Source: Thermodesulfovibrionia bacterium (GTDB lineage: Bacteria; Nitrospirota; Thermodesulfovibrionia; UBA6902). From it: a stretch of 42,849 bases of DNA. Shown here piece after piece: positions 39,403-42,849 of the stretch. The notes beneath the pieces are model-generated. The model saw nothing but the letters and a program-made list of their open reading frames with translations, had not been told where the DNA came from and did not search any database. The translations under genes and the position numbers were made by a program. The stretch covers positions 1-42,849 of the forward strand of contig JBCKZY010000005.1 of assembly GCA_038918635.1 (NCBI GenBank), read 5' to 3'. Each line of letters begins with the position of its first letter. The stretch's first letter is position 1.

Positions 39403-40683
39403 ATGCTATTCCATGTTTCCATCAGATATCCTGCGATAAAATCTCTATATCTTTTCGTAATCCTGCTTATAATTATTCCTTCTTTTTCCTTTGCCGCTGA
39501 TTTCAGAGTAGGAGGTTTTTTTGATACAGGCAAAAGGACTCAGGCTGAGGATTATGAGGAGGAAGATGATGACAGTGAATATACCTACCGGAAATATAAC
39601 CTCAGTTTTGAACACCGTCTGTCCGCAAGGGTAAATTATAAAGTCGCTTCGAATTATTATGACAAGGACTACATCCAGAGCGACTCCAATGATAATCTTT
39701 CAAGGATATCAACGGTGAATGGATCATATTATATAAGGAAGGAGAATGAAGAGAAACTGAAGCTTGATATCGGGTTCAGGCATAAGGAGAAGAGGTACAA
39801 TGAATCTTCTGACAGCGAGTACGACCAGAATGTCCTGACCCCAAAGGTTACATACAGTGTGAAAGATATTTATTCGGTATATTTGAGCACAGGCATTAAC
39901 AGTTATGACTATGTAAGCAATAAAGGGAAAGACGAGATTAAGCTTTTCTCTAAACTTGGCGGCAAAATATATCTGCTTGCTAAAAGACTTGTCCTTAGCT
40001 CTTCGTTCAGGTTTGAGTCATCAAATCGTAAAAAAGAGGACAGGCGTGAGCATAAGAATGTGCTTATGCTAGGAGCATATTATATTCCTGATGTCTCATA
40101 CATATATAAAATAACATTAAGGGTAAAGGCAGGGCAGGGTGATACAAAAGACGACGATGACAGGGACGATGATTTAGACTACAGGTTCGGCCGGTTTTTC
40201 ATAAAGACAGAACACAAGGTCAATCCATTATTAAAGGCAGGACTTGTATACGAGTTCTTCAGAAAGGATTATTTAACATCTGATCTTGACCACAGAGGGT
40301 TCTATATAAAGAATACCTGGAGGCAAAGCATTATTGCCGATAAAGATAGGGAACTTTATATTATTGCGGCGGCGGTACATAAAGATGTTAATTATCCGAT
40401 TAAACCCCAAAGGGATTACAGAAAAGATACACTGGAGGTGAAAGGTGTTATCATGAAGAGGAGAGACTGGAAGACCTCCCTGTCTTTAAGAGGGGATTTT
40501 TACGACTACAGTGATTCGACCGGGGATAAGAACAGGTATTACGCAAGGCTTTTGCTTAAAAGATACTTTTTTGATAAAAGGCTGGATCTGTCTCTTAACC
40601 TTAAATATAAATATACGGACAACAGGCACTCGAATAATACAGAAGAAGAATCGGGCCGCCTGGCTTTCGCGTACAGGTTTTAG
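39403..40683 (+). CDS. Putative outer-membrane beta-barrel protein of unknown function
   Basis: Signal peptide ending SFSFA; Y/K/D-rich amphipathic strands; C-terminal LAFAYRF. Confidence 0.65.
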   Translation: MLFHVSIRYPAIKSLYLFVILLIIIPSFSFAADFRVGGFFDTGKRTQAEDYEEEDDDSEYTYRKYNLSFEHRLSARVNYKVASNYYDKDYIQSDSNDNLSRISTVNGSYYIRKENEEKLKLDIGFRHKEKRYNESSDSEYDQNVLTPKVTYSVKDIYSVYLSTGINSYDYVSNKGKDEIKLFSKLGGKIYLLAKRLVLSSSFRFESSNRKKEDRREHKNVLMLGAYYIPDVSYIYKITLRVKAGQGDTKDDDDRDDDLDYRFGRFFIKTEHKVNPLLKAGLVYEFFRKDYLTSDLDHRGFYIKNTWRQSIIADKDRELYIIAAAVHKDVNYPIKPQRDYRKDTLEVKGVIMKRRDWKTSLSLRGDFYDYSDSTGDKNRYYARLLLKRYFFDKRLDLSLNLKYKYTDNRHSNNTEEESGRLAFAYRF

Positions 40684-40849
40684 AACGGATCGGGATTTGA
40701 TCTTTAGTATTTGAAGATCATCTCGAAAATATTTGTTTAAATCCCGAGGATTCTCGGTACGAGTCGATTCCGACAAGGGGTCAAGGATTCGAGGATTCTA
40801 GTAAAAAAATACATAAAATCAATAAGAAGCAAAACACTATAATCCTTCT

Positions 40850-41012
40850 GTCATTCCCGCTTGTCGGGAATCGTTTTTTCAAACAAGATATTATGCAAGA
40901 AAAGATAAGACTTCCAAATAAACAATCCAAAAACAAGGGATTAATACGATGGTATTGCAGGAACGATTCCGGACAAGCAAGCCGGTTTATCCCGACGGAG
41001 TCGGGGAATGAC
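40850..41012. repeat. CGTC-type palindromic repeat variant nested in 8-nt periodic arms (40775-41191)
   Basis: gtcattcccgcttgtcgggaatcgtt ... aacgattccggacaagc ... ggggaatgac. Confidence 0.72.
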
Positions 41013-41199
41013 TGATTCCGGAGATCTGAACTATTTTAGGTATTAGCAATTATGGAAATACAGAAAAATATAGCACAGGTGAAAACGGTGCCCATGGCAT
41101 GTTGACATCTTTGGTAAAAAAACACTTAAACCCTTGAATCCCAGAATCTCGATGCGAGTCTTCGCTGATAGTCGCTTCGACCTTGAACCCTATTTGTTT

Positions 41200-41925
41200 T
41201 TATATCCTGCTGATTATCTCCAGAACAGCGTTTTGGCAGTTTTCAGAGGCGAGAGGCAGCTTCCATCTCCTTTTGTCCCTCATTCCAACAACGTTGCTTA
41301 TACCTCGTATCTCAAGCAAGGGTATCCCGTACATGGTGCATACATGAGCAATTGCCGCACCTTCCATGTTTTCGCAGATCGCGTTAAATCTTTTCTTAAG
41401 TTCATTGGCCCTTTTCGGAGTTCCTGTTGACGCGGATACAGTAACGAAATTACCAGATTTAACTTGAGTTACAGGTGATGAGTTAAGCGTAATGTTTAAA
41501 GATTTTTTTGCGAGATATTTGTCCAGCGGGAATTCGTTGAAGTATTTCTTTTTTCCAGCCTGTAACATGGGAATGCCTGTCTCCTTTATGCTTTTCCAGC
41601 CCCCCGGGGTGATAACGCCTGCGTCTCCGTAAATCTCCTTTATCGCTATCGCAATATCTCCGGGCTCAAGCCCTGAAAATGGATAAGCACCGCCGACACC
41701 CATATTAATTAATTCACTGATATTATATTTTTCAATAATCGCTGTGGCTGAATGCGCGGCGTTGACTTTGCCGATGCCGGTATTTAATATCAGGACACCA
41801 AGACTTCCTATCTTACCCTTATGAAGGGTTTTGCCGGCGATATAACTCCTGCTGACGTTTTTCAGGCGGGAGATTATAATTTCTGATTCAATCTGTACTG
41901 ATGATAATATCGCAATATATTTCAT
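41200..41925 (-). CDS. mqnB: Futalosine hydrolase
   Basis: PNP/MTAN fold: TGIGKVNAA, NMGVGGAY, EIYGD, CENMEGAAIAHVC, EIRGISN.VG.RD..RW (MqnB-type tail); mqnA is in the same window. Confidence 0.85.
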   Translation of the reverse strand: MKYIAILSSVQIESEIIISRLKNVSRSYIAGKTLHKGKIGSLGVLILNTGIGKVNAAHSATAIIEKYNISELINMGVGGAYPFSGLEPGDIAIAIKEIYGDAGVITPGGWKSIKETGIPMLQAGKKKYFNEFPLDKYLAKKSLNITLNSSPVTQVKSGNFVTVSASTGTPKRANELKKRFNAICENMEGAAIAHVCTMYGIPLLEIRGISNVVGMRDKRRWKLPLASENCQNAVLEIISRI

Positions 41926-42087
41926 GAACGTAATGTATTATAGTATGAGGCAAATAAAAAGTCGTCAAATCTGTTAACTGTTTACATTGTTTCTGTAGTA
42001 TGAAATACAGGAATCCAGAACATTAACATTGCGTAATAAATAAAAAATACCGGATTTCAACCGGTCTTTATCCCCTACCCGCCAGAA

Positions 42088-42819
42088 ATGATGAATATTA
42101 TATTGGGCAGATGGACTCGTGATGAACTGGGTAAGATGCTGTTTGAGGCCTCTAATATTCGTGATATAGGGCTTAGGATTGGGTTTAACTCTGGGTGTCT
42201 TCTTGATACCCCCTACGGGGAATCCACTTTGATCGGTGATATGGATAATGAAGAAGAGTTTGTAGTAAACCTCGAAAAGGTAGACTGCCTTACATTGATT
42301 GAATATGTCGAGGCTATGCGTCGGTCATCCACATTCAGGGAGTTTCTGGATAATCTGAAACGTATCAGGTACAGAGAGGGGAACGTATCTTTTAATAATA
42401 GAAATCACTTCTTCACGGACTGGCTGGTGAATAATGCTGATTATATTGAGGACATTACAAGGGAAACAGGCGGTGACCGTACAATAATATTAAATAAGAG
42501 GCTGAATGAGAAGGAGGACGGTACATTTTTTATTCGGGGGATTAAACCTTTTCAGAGAGAGATCGGGTATGTGCCTTCTTCTGCCATTGATGAGACTTTA
42601 ATCGATCGAGTGAAGTCAGGTGATTACGCGGGTGTGTATTCAGAAGAAGCCGGGCTGGATGTTTCCCATGTGGGGATAATCATCAAAGATGGAGATGCAG
42701 TGAAATTCAGACATGCCTCATCACTGCAGAAGTATAGAAAGGTCATTGATCAGGACTTTAAAGAATACTTTTCTGATAAATCGGGAATGGTTCTGTTTAG
42801 AGCAAAGGCCTTTGCTTAA
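42088..42819 (+). CDS. DUF1460 family N-acetylmuramoyl-L-alanine amidase-like protein (NlpC/P60 fold)
   Basis: TPY..TL, VDCLTLIEYVEA (catalytic Cys), RNHFFTDW, GLDVSHVG, HASS. Confidence 0.8.
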   Translation: MMNIILGRWTRDELGKMLFEASNIRDIGLRIGFNSGCLLDTPYGESTLIGDMDNEEEFVVNLEKVDCLTLIEYVEAMRRSSTFREFLDNLKRIRYREGNVSFNNRNHFFTDWLVNNADYIEDITRETGGDRTIILNKRLNEKEDGTFFIRGIKPFQREIGYVPSSAIDETLIDRVKSGDYAGVYSEEAGLDVSHVGIIIKDGDAVKFRHASSLQKYRKVIDQDFKEYFSDKSGMVLFRAKAFA

Positions 42820-42849
42820 TTGATCTTCCCTGTGGTCTTGCTACAGGGA

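Overview
Bacterial chromosome segment in the standard genetic code (several genes end in TGA through ATGA/GTGA overlaps). Gene content suggests an anaerobic diderm such as Nitrospirota/Thermodesulfovibrionia or Desulfobacterota; this is inference. Mostly housekeeping: tRNA-Leu(GAG), a PilZ-domain gene, a complete nuoA-N operon (minus strand), a divergent sensor kinase with heme-c-type motifs plus receiver, rtcB, futalosine-pathway genes mqnA and mqnB, ald, rdgB, pdxA, a HAD phosphatase, atpF'FHAGDC, the tolQRAB-pal-cpoB cluster, two putative outer-membrane beta-barrels and a DUF1460-like amidase. Two things stand out. (1) rtcB has a single in-frame TGA exactly at the metal-binding Cys ([13 protein letters not shown]), followed by a SECIS-like hairpin, so it is a candidate selenocysteine RNA ligase. 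(2) An IS110-family (IS1111-type) element sits inside one copy of a host palindromic repeat, and its downstream non-coding end folds into a bridge/seek-RNA-like structure whose loops match that repeat and the element's own circle junction. Intergenic spacers, even inside the nuo and atp operons, carry several families of inverted, sometimes nested, repeats and MITE-like elements.
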